Shown one piece after another: positions 51,770 through 64,000 of a stretch of 64,000 nucleotides of DNA (position 1 is its first letter; each line of letters begins with the position of its first letter). The notes under the pieces are model-generated. The model searched no databases. It was not told the DNA's origin and worked only from the letters and a program-made list of their open reading frames with translations. Position numbers and translations under genes: made by a program. This stretch comes from Sminthopsis crassicaudata (lineage: Eukaryota): positions 38,640,454 through 38,704,453 of the forward strand of contig NC_133619.1 in assembly GCF_048593235.1 (NCBI RefSeq). The letters are read 5' to 3'.

Positions 51770-52440
51770 GTTTTTGAAGCAGAAAAGTGGAACAGTTATA
51801 CTTGTTCTTAAGGAAGATTATCTTGATCACTGTGAGAAGGATGATTAGAGAGGAGAGAAATCAGAAGGTAGGAATCCAAATAAAAGATAAGTGTGTTTTA
51901 CATTTTCTCCATGTATCAGTTAAATTTGCTCATTTTAGAATTTCCTCTTTGTCTTTTTCCTTAAATTCCTTTTCTTGTTTGTTTGTTTGTTTTTTTATAT
52001 GTGATGGATTTCTAGAAGGAAAAGGAGAAAAATACAGGAGAAAATTTAAGGGACAAAGAAATTAAAATATCAATAAAATATATATGTATATATTTTAAAA
52101 GGATCAAGTGCTATAATCTAGACAAATGGTGAGGATGTAAATTAAGATGGAGATAAGATGTATGTGAGAAATGTTTTAGAAAAACTAACAAGATTTGACA
52201 CCTGGTTGTATATGAGGTATAAAGGAAGGGGAAGAGATAAGGATGATTTTGCATTGCTGACCCAGGTGACTGGAAAGATGATGGCATTCCCAAGAGACAT
52301 AGGGAAATTTGGAAGAGATAATGAGTTTTCATTTTGTATTCACCTGCTGAGTTTGAGATATCATTGAGAATGTCTTTCAGGCACCTGGTGATACGAAACT
52401 GAAGTTTAGAAGAAAAGACTCAACCTGTGTGTAGTTTTGG
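51770..52440 (-). mobile_element. L2 fragment
   Basis: gatgattttgcattgctgacccaggtgactggaaagatgatggcattccc...gagttttcatttt...gagtttgagat. Confidence 0.65.
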
Positions 52441-52731
52441 GATTCATCTGCATGACCCCAGTCCAGTTCATCTAGGACCCAGTGGGGCCTCCTGTTATCC
52501 TTTCACTTGAATCAAAAGGGACACTGAATTGTAAGAAGATCTCTATCAGTGAATTCAATTTAATGAATTGAAAATGGGTCCCTATCACCTCTAGGATAAA
52601 GAGAATTCCCTACCCTGCATTAAAAGCTCTTAAAAATCAAGCCTCCTCCTACTTTTCTAGTCTCCTTAGATCTTACTATCACTACCTGCTCTTCCATCCA
52701 AGTAACTTAAGCCTTCCTGAAGTGCCGGGGG

Positions 52732-52764
<33 letters not shown>

Positions 52765-53547
52765 CAAAAAGCAATACTCCATCTCTTAGCTCCAAGCAGT
52801 TCCTCTGGCTATTCCCTAAGCCTAGAATACTCTCCCTCTTCAATTCTGCTTATTGACTTCTCTGACTCCCTTTAAGTCCCAATAAACTAGTTCCAATTAA
52901 ACTAAAGTAGGGAATGGAGATATTTTTAACTAGAAGGCTTCCTAATCCCTCCTAATTCTACTGCCTTCTTATTGTTAATTATTTCTTCTTTATCTAGTAT
53001 ATCTAGTATATCTAGTATACTTTATCTGTACATGTCTGTTTGCTTAGTTTTTTTCTTTTATTAGTTTTTATTAGATTGTGCTTTGCTTTTTGAAAAATCC
53101 TAAATTGTTAAGACTCCATTAGAATAGTGAGTTGCCTTCTGTTGATGACCTTTTTCCACTATCTATATCAGAGTTTCTTAATTGAGGANNNNNNNNNNNN
53201 NNNNNNNNNNNNNNNNNNNNNNNNNNNNNNNNNNNNNNNNNNNNNNNNNNNNNNNNNNNNNNNNNNNNNNNNNNNNNNNNNNNNNNNNNNNNNNNNNNNN
53301 NNNNNNNNNNNNNNNNNGAGGGGGAAGAGAGAGACAGAAACAGAGAGAGAGAGAATTATATTTGAATATGTGATTTCTTTTTTGTAATCCTAGGCATTTT
53401 ATTTTGTAAATTAAAAAACATCATTCTTAGAATATATTTTTAAAATTTATTTTGCCAAACTGCCAGAGATCTATTGTACAGAAAAGCTTAGACTCCCCCC
53501 CTCTGTGTTTATTGTCTCATCTAATGATCTAATAGACTGCCATTGAC

Positions 53548-53815
53548 TAAGCTCAGCGCTACAGTGGATAGAGTGTCAGACCTGAACTGGAAGATCTGAG
53601 TTCAAATATAGCCTAAGATAATTACTAGCTGTGTGATCCTGAGCAAGTCACTTAACCTGTGCTTGCCTCAATTTCCTCAACTATGAAATGGGGCTGATAA
53701 TAATAGCACCTGCCTCCCAGGGTTGTTGTGAGGATCAAATAAGGTGATATCTATTAAGTGCTTAGCTCAATGCCTGGCACCTAGTAGGTGCTATATAAAT
53801 GCTAGCTATTATTAC
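53548..53815 (+). mobile_element. Near full-length MIR
   Basis: Head acagtggatagagtg, CORE tagctgtgtgatcctgagcaagtcacttaacc, tail gcctggcacctagtaggtgctatataaatgctagctatt. Confidence 0.85.
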
Positions 53816-54132
53816 CATTATCAAAATTCCATCACCAATATTCTGGAATTTTAAGTCCTTGTCACCTCAACTAGCAATTTACTAATGTGGTATTTTTGAT
53901 TACACCTGACAAAAACTTTTTTTTTAAAACAATATATGCTTTCCAAAGTAAGAAAGTGCAGCTTCAGGAGGTATTGGGACACCTCAATATAGGTCTTCAA
54001 GTGAAGGCTAGATTAGCACTTGTTGAGGGTATTATAGAGGGGACTTTTGTTCAGACATAGGTTGGACTCAATGGCTTCTGGGCTCCCTTCCAATGCTGAG
54101 ATCTCTTGGTTTGGGTGAGTCATGGTCACATG

Positions 54133-54385
54133 ACAACTCAAATAAAATTATTTCCAAGAACATGGCAACTTCTCTGTAATAGTACTTGTTATAGTCCAGA
54201 ATTCAATATAAAGTAGCTCAGAATGAACTCCCATTTTCGAGTGGCTTGTACACAACACCAAATATGAGATACCAAACAACTCAAATAAAATTATTTCCAA
54301 GAACATAGCAACTTCTCTGTAACAGTACTTGTTATAGTGGAGAATTCGATATAAGGTATCTCTGAATGAGCTCCCATTCAAGGAG
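54133..54385. repeat. Two-copy tandem duplication, 143-bp period
   Basis: Copies start at 54133 and 54276. By eye there are 9 mismatches in the first 103 or so nt. Confidence 0.9.
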
Positions 54386-56389
54386 CTTATAACTAAAGCA
54401 TGGGTGATAGAGTATCAGATCTGGAAAGGACCCTAGGGGTCATCCAATCCCAAATCCTCATTTCACAGAGGAGAAAACCAGCCTGGAGGGGAAAGTGGAT
54501 TTCTTGGAGTCATGTTTCTCCCCCTGGGATCTCTGCTTTTCTTCTCAGCTGAAGGACCACGTCCTGCATAAGGTCTTTCAACTGTTAGTACTAGCTACTA
54601 GTTCCCCTTTACCACCACTACCACAGCTTTTTATTTGTTTTGTATGTGTTTTTGTTTCTACATGCTGTCTTTCCTATTAGAAGGATGCTCTGTCAGAGCA
54701 GGGACTATTGGTTTTTGTCTTATATGCCTTGTTCCTAGCACTAGCTTCTGGCACATAGTAGATGCTTAATAAATTGACTGGTTGTTAGTAAGTGACTGTG
54801 CTCCTATCCCACCATTCCCTCTTCTGTTCTATACTTACCCTTTAAGTCCCACTTGAGGGGGGAGGGGGAGCTTAAAAAGACTTTATTGTAGTGAAAAACT
54901 TCAAAGAATGAGGGCTGCATATTGACTTAGAAAACCACAAAATAGCATTATCTGTGTTGCATCATATTTTATTTACTTTGTTAAAATGTTGCTCAATTAC
55001 AATTTAATCTTATTGGGATGCACTTGGGAGTTTAATACCTTTAAGTCTCTTTTATCTGTCCAGTGATTTGCCAACATAATGCAATGGTACAATACAAGGA
55101 TATAATGCAAGGAAAGAGTACCAGGTCAGAGCCAACCATGTTAATGTACCAGATTAGTGAGAACAATGAAACTGGTCTTTGGATCCCAGATACTTGGGAA
55201 TCTTAGGAAGGTAGTGATAAATGCAAAAAGAATAGGTAAAACAGATGACTAATTAATTGGCCAGACCTGTCTTCAGAAAGGATGGGCTCCAGATGACTGT
55301 GATGGTAAATATTATATAATCAGGTTCCTCCTCCCTCCCTAAAAAATGTATGCATGACATTTTTAAGTTTAATCTTCATTAATAACATTTACTCCATCGA
55401 TTTTTTAAGTCTAAGAAATCCATAAAGTAACAAATCAAGCCCTGATTGGTAGATGCATTTGCCTATTTCCAAGGTGTACATTCTTATCCTGAAGAAATTA
55501 AGCAATGGAATTGGCTTTAAATGATAAGTTTTCAGCCCAGTAATGGCTGCACTTAGAATTCTCCATTCAAAATTTTCTTGCCTTTATATCATAGAGTGGA
55601 AGAGACCCCCTACTCCAACCCTTGCAGAACAGAAATCCAATTCTACAATATCTCTAGCAAGCCATCACCCACCTTTCACGTAGGAAGAGTCCATGTCTCG
55701 TCTTTGTTGATGAAATTAGTGCCTATGCTACCCACTTGAATTTGGCCATTGTAGTGGTAATCTGAGCAAAATAGAAAGAGGATTAGAGCTGAGTGAAAAA
55801 GAAGCGCTACACAGAGAACGCAGAACTCACCTCCCTACAGGGGAAGTTTGAGCAGCTATGGTCAAGAAGCCTCCGTCAAGCAACAAGTAGTGGAAAGATA
55901 AGTCTGGACCTAGCTCTGCACTTGTGTACTATGAAGGTCTACAGGAACTCTAATGAACTACGAAGGAAGGTGGTTCTCTTTCAAGAGAGAAGAATTATCT
56001 TCATGGTTGAAGATGGGCTCAGACATGCATCCTTGGTGATATTGTCAGATTAAATGAAACTTACCTTATTTCAGATGTATTTTCAGCCTGGGACTTGCAT
56101 GGAAATGGAGTGTCCCTTACCTTTTATGTAATGATCTAAAAATAGCTAAATAATTATCTTCCCAAAGGAAGCCCCAGATGAGAATCCAAGCTAAAAGTAA
56201 AGAATGAGTCTGGTTATTTCTACAATTCAAAACTTCAAAGAGCAGATGATAGATACTTAAATAACTATTCTGAGAATAACAGATTCTCTACTATTCTTCA
56301 AGATAATTCATTCCACTTTTAGAATGTTCTCTATTTTTGTTTCTAATTTTGCCATTTGAGATCAAATATCACATTCTGTGTATGTATGT

Positions 56390-56665
56390 GTGTGTCCTCT
56401 CTCTCTTCATCTCTCTCTCTTCCTCTTTCTCTCTCCCTCCCCCCTTCTTTCTCTCCCTCCTTCTTTTCCTCCCTCTTTCTCTCATTTTCTCCTTCCTTTC
56501 TTCCCTCCCTTCCTCTCTCTCTCCCTCTTTCTTCGTCTCTTTTCCTCTCTCCCTTCCTCTCTCCCTTCCTCTCATGCTCTGTCGTCTTCTCCCTCTCTCT
56601 TTTTTTCTCTCTCCCTCCCTTCTTCCCTCCACCTTCTTTCTCCCCCCCCACTCCTTCTCTCTTTA
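56390..56665. repeat. Polypyrimidine (CT/CCT/CTT) low-complexity tract
   Basis: About 270 nt almost purely C/T on the plus strand. Confidence 0.9.
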
Positions 56666-56819
56666 ATCTCCATATCCCTTTATTAACTCACAATAGGATT
56701 TCAGTTCCCCCCAAATTCCCTGATCTTTTTCATATTGACTGTCTTCTAGAGATGCCTTCCCTTTATTATACTAGAAAAATTATTTTTAATCAAAGAATGA
56801 AACTTTTTTAAAATTATGT

Positions 56820-57240
56820 TTTTTGTTGAGTCATTTTTTCAATTGTGTCCACCTCTTTTTGATACATTTGGAATTTTCTTGGCCAAGCTACTGGAGTGGT
56901 TTGCCATGTCCTTCTCCAGCTCACTTTATAGATGAGAAGACTGAAATAAACAGGATTGAGTTTTGCCCAAGGTCACACAACTAGTAAATGTCTGAGGTCA
57001 GATTTGAACCCACAAAAATGAAGCTTCCCAACTCTAGTCCCACTACACACTCCGTTCACTGTGCTACTTCTTTTTTTTTTTTTTTTTTTAACTGAGGCTG
57101 GGGTTAAGTGACTTGCCCAGGGTCACACAACTAGAAAATGTTAAGTGTCTGAGACCACATTTGAACTTGGGTCCTCCTGAATTCAAGGCTGGTGCTCTAT
57201 CCACTGTGACACCTAACTGCCCCTACTTAACTATTCTTGC
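56820..57240 (-). mobile_element. MAR1 SINE interrupted near its 5' head by WSINE1
   Basis: MAR1 tail and CORE at 56820-57069; the head resumes as ctacttaactattc at 57223. Confidence 0.7.
57070..57222 (-). mobile_element. WSINE1 with poly(A) tail and 6-bp TSD (ctactt)
   Basis: T-tract then actgaggctggggttaagtgacttgcccagggtcacac...ctatccactgtgacacctaactgccc. ctactt at 57064-57069 and 57223-57228. Confidence 0.88.
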
Positions 57241-57756
57241 TAGGAGATAGTGACTATTTACTCTGCCCCACTCCATTCTTATCTCAAGTACCTTAAGATA
57301 GCTAAAGCAATCTAACTTTCAGAGGACATTTTTAAATAGAGAGTAATTTCAAAAGCAAAGAAAGACACCCCCCCTTCCCTTGAAACAAAATCTTCATCAT
57401 TTATTTGGTAAATGATAAAATTCTTCCACCAAGAGGTTAGCCTTAGGAATGAAAAACTAATCTGGAAGACTAGACCTTTGTGGCAATGATTTTCAGTTAA
57501 ATTTTTAAATATATATTTTTCTTGTTTTATAGGAATTTCTTGTTTTAATAGGAATAAATGGCGCACCAGAATCTTGAGTTCAACAAGTCCAAAATTAATT
57601 TATCTCCACACATTTCCTACCAATTTCCTTATTTCTGTTGAGGGTATCAGTACTTATCCAGATTTAATCCCTCCTATCTCTCATGTCCAATATTTGTTAG
57701 CCCTCCATGATCTCTCCTATATCTGTTCAGGCTTTGAGCAAATCTTCACTGGACTA

Positions 57757-57964
57757 TGTTGCTGTTTTGTCATGTTCGACTCCTCATGAGTTATTTGCCA
57801 ATTTCTTCTCCATCTAATTTTACAGATGAAGAAACTGAGGCAAACAGGGTTGAGTGACTTGTCCCAGGTGACATAAATCATGTCTGAGGTAAAATTTGAA
57901 ATCAGGAAGATGAGTATTCTTGACTCCAGGCTCATCATTCTAGCTACTGTGTCACCTAGTTTCC
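57757..57964 (-). mobile_element. MAR1-type CORE-SINE
   Basis: catgttcgactcctcatgag...ttttacagatgaagaaactgaggcaaacaggg...tgtgtcacctag. Confidence 0.75.
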
Positions 57965-58229
57965 CTCATTATTATAGTAGTTATTCAATAAATCTAGTGA
58001 TTAAATTAATAAATGAATGATTCTATGTGCAGACAAATCAAAACTGTGTTGAGTGTGTTTCACGTACCATGTGGTACTAAAGAAATATGCTCTAGTGGAC
58101 AGTTTCTAAAAAACAATGCCAAAGAGAGGGGTAGACTAAACACTAATACTATCAGATGGCTTCAAACCCAATTGAATGATAGAATTCACTTGCAGAAACA
58201 AAACCAATACAGCCAAGATTAGAAGGAAA

Positions 58230-59235
58230 GAAAAATACTAGAGGAAAAAAATTACAGCAAATTTCTCTGATAAAGTCCTAATTTTTCAAATACATAGATA
58301 AATAGTCAAATTTATAAGAATACAACTTACTCTCCAATTGATAAATGATCAAAGATATTTTTCAGATGAAGAAATCAAAGCTATCTATAGTCATATGGAA
58401 AATGATCTAAAATACTATTGATTAGAGAAATACAAATTTAAATATCTCTGAGGTACCACCTCATACCTAGCAGATTAGTTAATATGAATGAAAAGGAAAA
58501 TACCAAATGTTGAAGGGATATGAGAAAATTAGGAGACTAAAGCATTTTTGGTGGTGTTGTGAAGTGATCCAACCATTTGGAAAGCCTTTGATCCAGCAAA
58601 AGTGCTACTAAGTCTATATCCCAAAGAGACTTAAAAAAAAAAAAAAAAACAAAGATCTATATACACAAAAATATTTATGGCAGTTTTTTTTTTTTGTGGC
58701 GGCAAAGAATTGCAAATTGAGTGAAATGGTTGAACAAATTATGGCATATGATTGTGATGAAATACTATTAAGCTATAAGAAATAACAAGTAGGATGCTTT
58801 CAGAAAAACAGGCTTACATAAATTAATGCAAAATGAAATGAGCAGAGTCAGGTGAACATTGTACATAATAACAGCAATACTGTATGATGAACAACTAAAT
58901 ATCTTAAGTATTTTTAGCAATACAGTTACCTAAGACAATTCCAAATACTCATAGTTAAAAGTGCTATCCACCTCTAGAGAAAAGTTCTGGTGGATTCTGA
59001 ATACAGATGAAAACATACTTTTTAAAACTATTAAAATTTTTTCTTTCTTTTAATACATGTTTTCTTTAACAACATGGAAATATATTTTGCATGATTGTAT
59101 ATGAACCACCTATATCAAATTTCTTGACATCTCAATGAGGAAGGAGGAAAGGAAAGGCATTTTGAATTCAAAAAAATTTTAAAGAATGTTAGAAATTTTT
59201 TTACATGCTATTGGAAAAAGAATAAAATATTGAAT
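58230..59235 (+). mobile_element. 5'-truncated L1 (decayed ORF2 C-terminus plus 3' UTR)
   Basis: ctccaattgataaatgatcaaagat, gaggtaccacctcatacc, ctatatcccaaagag, atgcaaaatgaaatgagcagagtcagg, then 3' UTR. Confidence 0.85.
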
Positions 59236-59249
59236 GAAAGGAATAAAAG

Positions 59250-60350
59250 AGCAATTAATTATTAATGGATCCACACTTTCATGGGAGATTTCCAGGGAAG
59301 TACTTTAGGAATCTGTGTTATTTAACTTTTATTAATGACAACTAATACTTACCAAATTTGCAGATGATACAAAACTGGAAGAGATAGTCAACATACAATA
59401 ATATTCATGATTCAAAACTTGATAGGCTACATCACTGAACTACATCTAATAAGAATTTCTGATAGGGATAAATGTAAATTCTTATATTTAGGCACAAATA
59501 ATCAATATCTAAAATAGCTAGGTAGAACAGTGGATAGAATTCCACGTCTAGAATCAGAAGGACTCATCTTCCTGAGTTCAAGCAAGTCACTTAACCTTAT
59601 TTGCCTCAGTTTTCTAATCTGTAAGATGAGCTGGAGAAGGAAATGACAAACCATTCTAATAGCCTTGCCAAGAAAAAAAACAACCAAATGAGTGTTACAA
59701 AGAGTCAGACATGACTGAAAACAACTAAACAACAATAAAAGCACAAGATTAGGGAAAGCATGATTATATAACAGTTGTTCTGGAAAAGAAGTGGGAATGT
59801 AGTGGCCCACAAGCTCAATAGGTTATATTCCAGTGACAAAAGCTAGCTTGAGCTTTTGATCTACATTAATTAATGGAGGCATAATTTCCAGGAAGGTGGA
59901 AGGGCTGTTCCTAAAGCACTCTGTCCAAAGCTAAATCAGATCTGGATGGACTATTGTGCCCAATTTGGGGTGTCACAAATTTAAGAAGGATGTTGAAAAG
60001 ATAGTGTCAGAGAAAGGCAACCAGGATAGTGAAGGACATCAAATTCAACTCATGAGAATGGGTTGAAGAAACTGGGCAAAAGAAGAGAATAATCAAGGTA
60101 GTCTTGATAGATGTATTTAAGTATTTGAAAGACTGTCATGTAAAGGGTTGATTAGATTTGTTCTATATAATTGGAGAGATATAATTAGAAGCCATATGTG
60201 AAAACTGCAGAGGCAAGTTTGGGATCTATGTTAAAAAAAAAAAAAAAAAAAAAACAGCTTTCCAACAACCTGAGCTATCCAAAGGTATAATGGTCATCCC
60301 TAAGAAGTAACATATTCCTCCTCCTTGGAGGTCTTCAGGAGATTTGGTTG
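59250..60350 (+). mobile_element. CR1/L3 LINE (RT region to 3' end), interrupted by MAR1
   Basis: aaatttgcagatgatacaaaactgg (KFADDTKL), gataaatgtaaattctta, gtatttgaaagactgtcatg, ttagatttgttc. Confidence 0.8.
59513..59736 (+). mobile_element. MAR1 SINE nested in L3
   Basis: atagctaggtagaacagtggataga...gagctggagaaggaaatgacaaacc...gacatgactgaaaacaact. Confidence 0.8.
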
Positions 60351-61938
60351 ACCCCCTGTAGCACACTATGTATTCCTTTTATACATAACTTGCACTGAAT
60401 GGCTGCTAATGCTCCTTCTAATTTTCAAATGATATAAATCTATGCTGTGGGGATTAGATACTTATTGCCTAAATTTGTAATGCCTAATTAATTATTGGGT
60501 AGCTAGGTGGCTCAGCGGATAGGGTGCTAGCTATATGACCCTGGGCAATTCACTTCACTCTATTTGCCTCCAACAATTACTATAAAATATTTGTTATGGA
60601 TACTTTATTATCATATGTTATATTATAATAAATTCAACAATTTACTAAGTGCCTACTAAGAGCTAGAGACTATGGATGGAAAAATAAGAAAGAGAAATTG
60701 ATTAAATTCTATCAGAAGGACATAATCTATATAGAGATAAGAAAATACAACTTGAGGAAAGGAAGAAGACTAAAAATCAAAATCAACATGAATTTATTAA
60801 ATTCCTAGTATGTGTCAGGTACTGGAGTAGGAGCTAGGAATACAGCAATAAAGAATAAAATCATCCTTACCCTCAAGAAGCTTAGAGGAATCAGAAAAAC
60901 AGATGTGCTCTAAACTGAACTGACTGAGAAGTAACTGTTGATCCTTCATTTTTTGAAAAGGACCTAAGATGATGTCTTGACTTGTGACTGAATTGGATTT
61001 AAGTAAGACTGACTTGCACTATTGTCAGCCTCACACTCCTCTCCTGAATCATCGAAGTCCAGTGGCAGGGTCCAGAGTAATGGAGATTTTTTTAAAGATG
61101 CATTTAAACTTTCTGTTATATCCATATAGATCAAAATGTCAAAGCTTTATTGGTTACTTGGAGGGAGGGAACTCCTTTTCCTTCTAATGTAGATTTATGA
61201 CTTACAGACTTAGGGAAATGCCTGAAGCCCAAAGCAATAAAGGTGCAGATCCAGAAGATAGGGTCTGAGGCAGGGAATTACAAAAAGGTCTTTCTGACTG
61301 CAAATGTTGTCTCTATGCACACTGCCTCCCACTCATATACTCATCTGTGTATAGTTATATATACAAATACCTGTAAATACAAGTCACTCTCTTTCTTTCT
61401 CTTCCTCTCTGTGTGTCTCTTTCCTCAACATATATATGTGTGTATGTGTGTATATGCAATTGTCTTAAATTCAGTATAAGTAATATTCCTGAGCTCTTAC
61501 CTGCAATCATTCAACATACATTTATTATATAGCTACTATGAACAATTAACTGTACCAGGTACTGGGAAGCAAAGGCTGGGTCCATCTCAAACATTTGAAC
61601 TTATTAGCTATGTCACTTAGCTTCACTGAATCTCAGTTTCCTCATCTCTGAAATAAAGATAATAAAAGTACCTCTTCTAGGGTTATTTGAAGGACAAAAA
61701 GAAACGGCGTAAGTGCTTTGCAAACCTGCTGTAGAATTATGCAGAAAAACACAAGTATAGCTCTCAGAAAATTCATCCTCTAATTCTAATGTAGATTAAT
61801 ACAGAGACCTTGGATTGTTGGATTAATTTACTAGATATGGGAAGCAACTAAATCATAGACACGATCAACACCTCTGCTTTGTTCTGTGTGCGTCCACACA
61901 TGGTCACAGAGTCGGCCGGCACCTCTGCTCAGGGGGAT

Positions 61939-61974
61939 CCTTAAATGGAACTCATTCTGAGAGCCTTATATTGG
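61939..61974. promoter_or_regulatory. Perfect CArG box CCTTAAATGG (61939-61948) plus a CArG-like CCTTATATTGG (61964-61974) in a CpG-retaining island
   Basis: Motif matches seen directly, with about 10 CpGs in 61860-62190. Function is inferred. Confidence 0.35.
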
Positions 61975-64000
61975 GTCGGGCCTGGAAGAGTGCTTGGAAG
62001 GAATGCCTTTTACTAGGCGACTGAAAGCTTGAAGGGCCGACTTCATTGTAAAGGAATGGTATCAATTGTGCTCGTACGTTAGCAGGCTGGGGTCATGTTC
62101 ATGTATATGTTAAAACATAGCACGAGGGCTTGTTAATGTCCTTTTCTATTAGAACATTGGGCATTGGGAGCCCTGGAACTCTCCCTCCGCATGGTTACAA
62201 AGGTAGCTGAAGTCAGAGGCCAGGGTCTGCTTTAAATTTTAAGGGGACAGATGTGCAAGTGGTGAGTCTTCTTCCTGAAGATGAAATGAACCCACTCACA
62301 GGTCTAAGTGCTGGATGCTGGGGGCTCATTCATCTTCAGCATGGTGCCCCCTGGAATCACTTATTTAGAGTGCCCCTGAGGTTGGCCTTGTATTTAGGAT
62401 CTGAAGGAAATTCCCTACTGGATTGTACCAATTATAAAATAGGTCAAATTTGGGGGCCAAAAAAGTGGACCATATGCCTTTAATCAGGTGTGTTACCTAA
62501 AGGGTTCTCTGTTCAGGCACAGAGATTTTTCAGAGCAACTCCTGGCTAGAGTGATGTGTATTAAATGCTGTATGATCTGAAATGTCAGATGTATGCTTCT
62601 CACACTTTTTAACCCTTGAATTTCATGCCAGAAGAAGGCATCTCAAAGTCATCATTAAATTGTTAGCTTTCTCTTGCCAAGTGCCCCAAGAGCACTCCAT
62701 CCCCACACTTAAACACAGCATCCCTGAACTCAAATGCTCTAGCTTAGGCCTCCGGGGTTGAGCTGATTCAGTTAATAGTGATGGAAAGTTGACTTTGAAA
62801 TTACTGGTCACCATAAGAGTGCTCTTGAGTTAGGGAAGAATGGGCTCAATGCATAACAAGGTCCTTTGGATTTTTTGTTTTGCTTTGGGTTTTTGTGTTT
62901 TTTCCTCTTATTCTGGAAACTCTTTGAATCAGCTTTATTCTCTAGTGAGAAGTCACATAAAATCACAGATATTTCAGTGTATTTGTATGAGAAATAAGAA
63001 TTTTCCTCCCCAATTAAGTCAATAAATGTTTGTTAAACAAAACAAAAAAATTTATTAAAACAAAATTTATTAAATTAGGGCACTAATGAAACAAAGAAAA
63101 AAAAATCCCTGACCTCAAGGGACTTCCTTTCTAATAAAGGAACACATTTTGACAAAGATAATTAAAGGCAATATAGAGAGAGAGCAATGAAAAGTCATTT
63201 CAAGGGGAGGCCACTGGTAATGAGGAAAGACCACATCTAGGAGATGGCACTGAGATGTGTGCAAGGGTTCCTGTGAAAACAGAACATGAAAAAAGAATCT
63301 TGTCCTCTCTCCTCATCTTCTGAAGGAAGGATGAAGGAAGAGTTTTCCCTCGTCATGGAGTTAAAAAGAAGAAAAAAAATAGAGCTGAATGTGTTAGTCC
63401 TCTTGGAAACTTTAGCATCCTGTAGAGTCAATGCAGAATAATAATACTCCTAATGATGAGGAAGAGGAAGAGAAGGACAATGATGATAAATCAGACAATA
63501 CAATTCTCTTCTTTATTCTGAGTGTAAAACCTGAAACAAAATGATGAAGTGTCTTTCCCAAGACCAATGACTGTTCAATTAGAACTTAGGACTCAACTCT
63601 CTGATGCCCACTTCTTCAGAGGAGAACAAATATCACTAATGTCTGGCCACACCAATGGGACAATGGTGCTGGCCCATTCAATGGTCAATTAGAATAAATT
63701 GTAAATTAGAAGAAATAAGAAAGATAATACAAAATCAAAAGCTCTCGAGAGAAAAGGGATTTAAGAGAACTTGAATAAATAAGCTTAACAGTCCATTGTT
63801 TGTGGGGAAATGATGAAATTATCATCAAAATAGTCAATGAATTGAAAATGAAGATAAAATGTTCATGTGGAAAGGTGTAACATAGAAAAAGAAAGATTTT
63901 CCTGGACAAGTATTTGATCTCCTTCTATAAGAAGGAAATAGTATATGAGTCTAAGGATTGGCAAAAGATGCCAAAGCCCATTCTGTGCATTTCATTTGAC

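Noticed and set aside
17084-53387. ORF-track entries containing runs of X
   Set aside because: Artefacts of reading through N gaps.
56337-56811. Five overlapping ORFs of 87-151 aa (Leu/Ser/Pro- or Glu/Arg/Lys-rich)
   Set aside because: Stop-free only because of the polypyrimidine tract.
1-64000. Known miRNA, tRNA, rRNA or snRNA genes, CRISPR arrays or prokaryotic operons
   Set aside because: None recognised by eye. tRNA-like A/B boxes occur only as SINE heads. An Infernal/Rfam scan would be needed to exclude small RNAs formally.

Overview
This is AT-rich, repeat-dense marsupial genomic DNA. WSINE1, MAR1 and an OC1-type hAT MITE point to an Australian marsupial, probably a dasyuromorph; this is inference from repeat content. 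I could not identify any host protein-coding gene with confidence. Apart from L1-derived ORFs, the ORF track is almost entirely noise from low complexity, N-runs and chance. The clearest structure is a young L1 on the minus strand (about 12047-15957). It keeps its 5' end, ORF1 (one homopolymer frameshift), a 512-bp G-rich spacer and an uninterrupted endonuclease part of ORF2, but stops before the RT domain with no poly(A). It is bounded by a perfect 17-bp target-site duplication and sits inside the degenerate FADD codons of an older plus-strand L1. Other content: L2, CR1/L3, MIR, MAR1 and WSINE1 relics (some nested), a 191-bp OC1-type MITE with an 8-bp TSD, microsatellites, a 143-bp tandem duplication, several CpG-retaining unique islands that look regulatory (one with paired CArG boxes), and ten N-gaps. 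Several gaps are flanked by splice-site-like sequence and may hide the exons of a plus-strand gene. Repeat family names come from my recognition of consensus motifs, not from a database search, and old-repeat boundaries are approximate.
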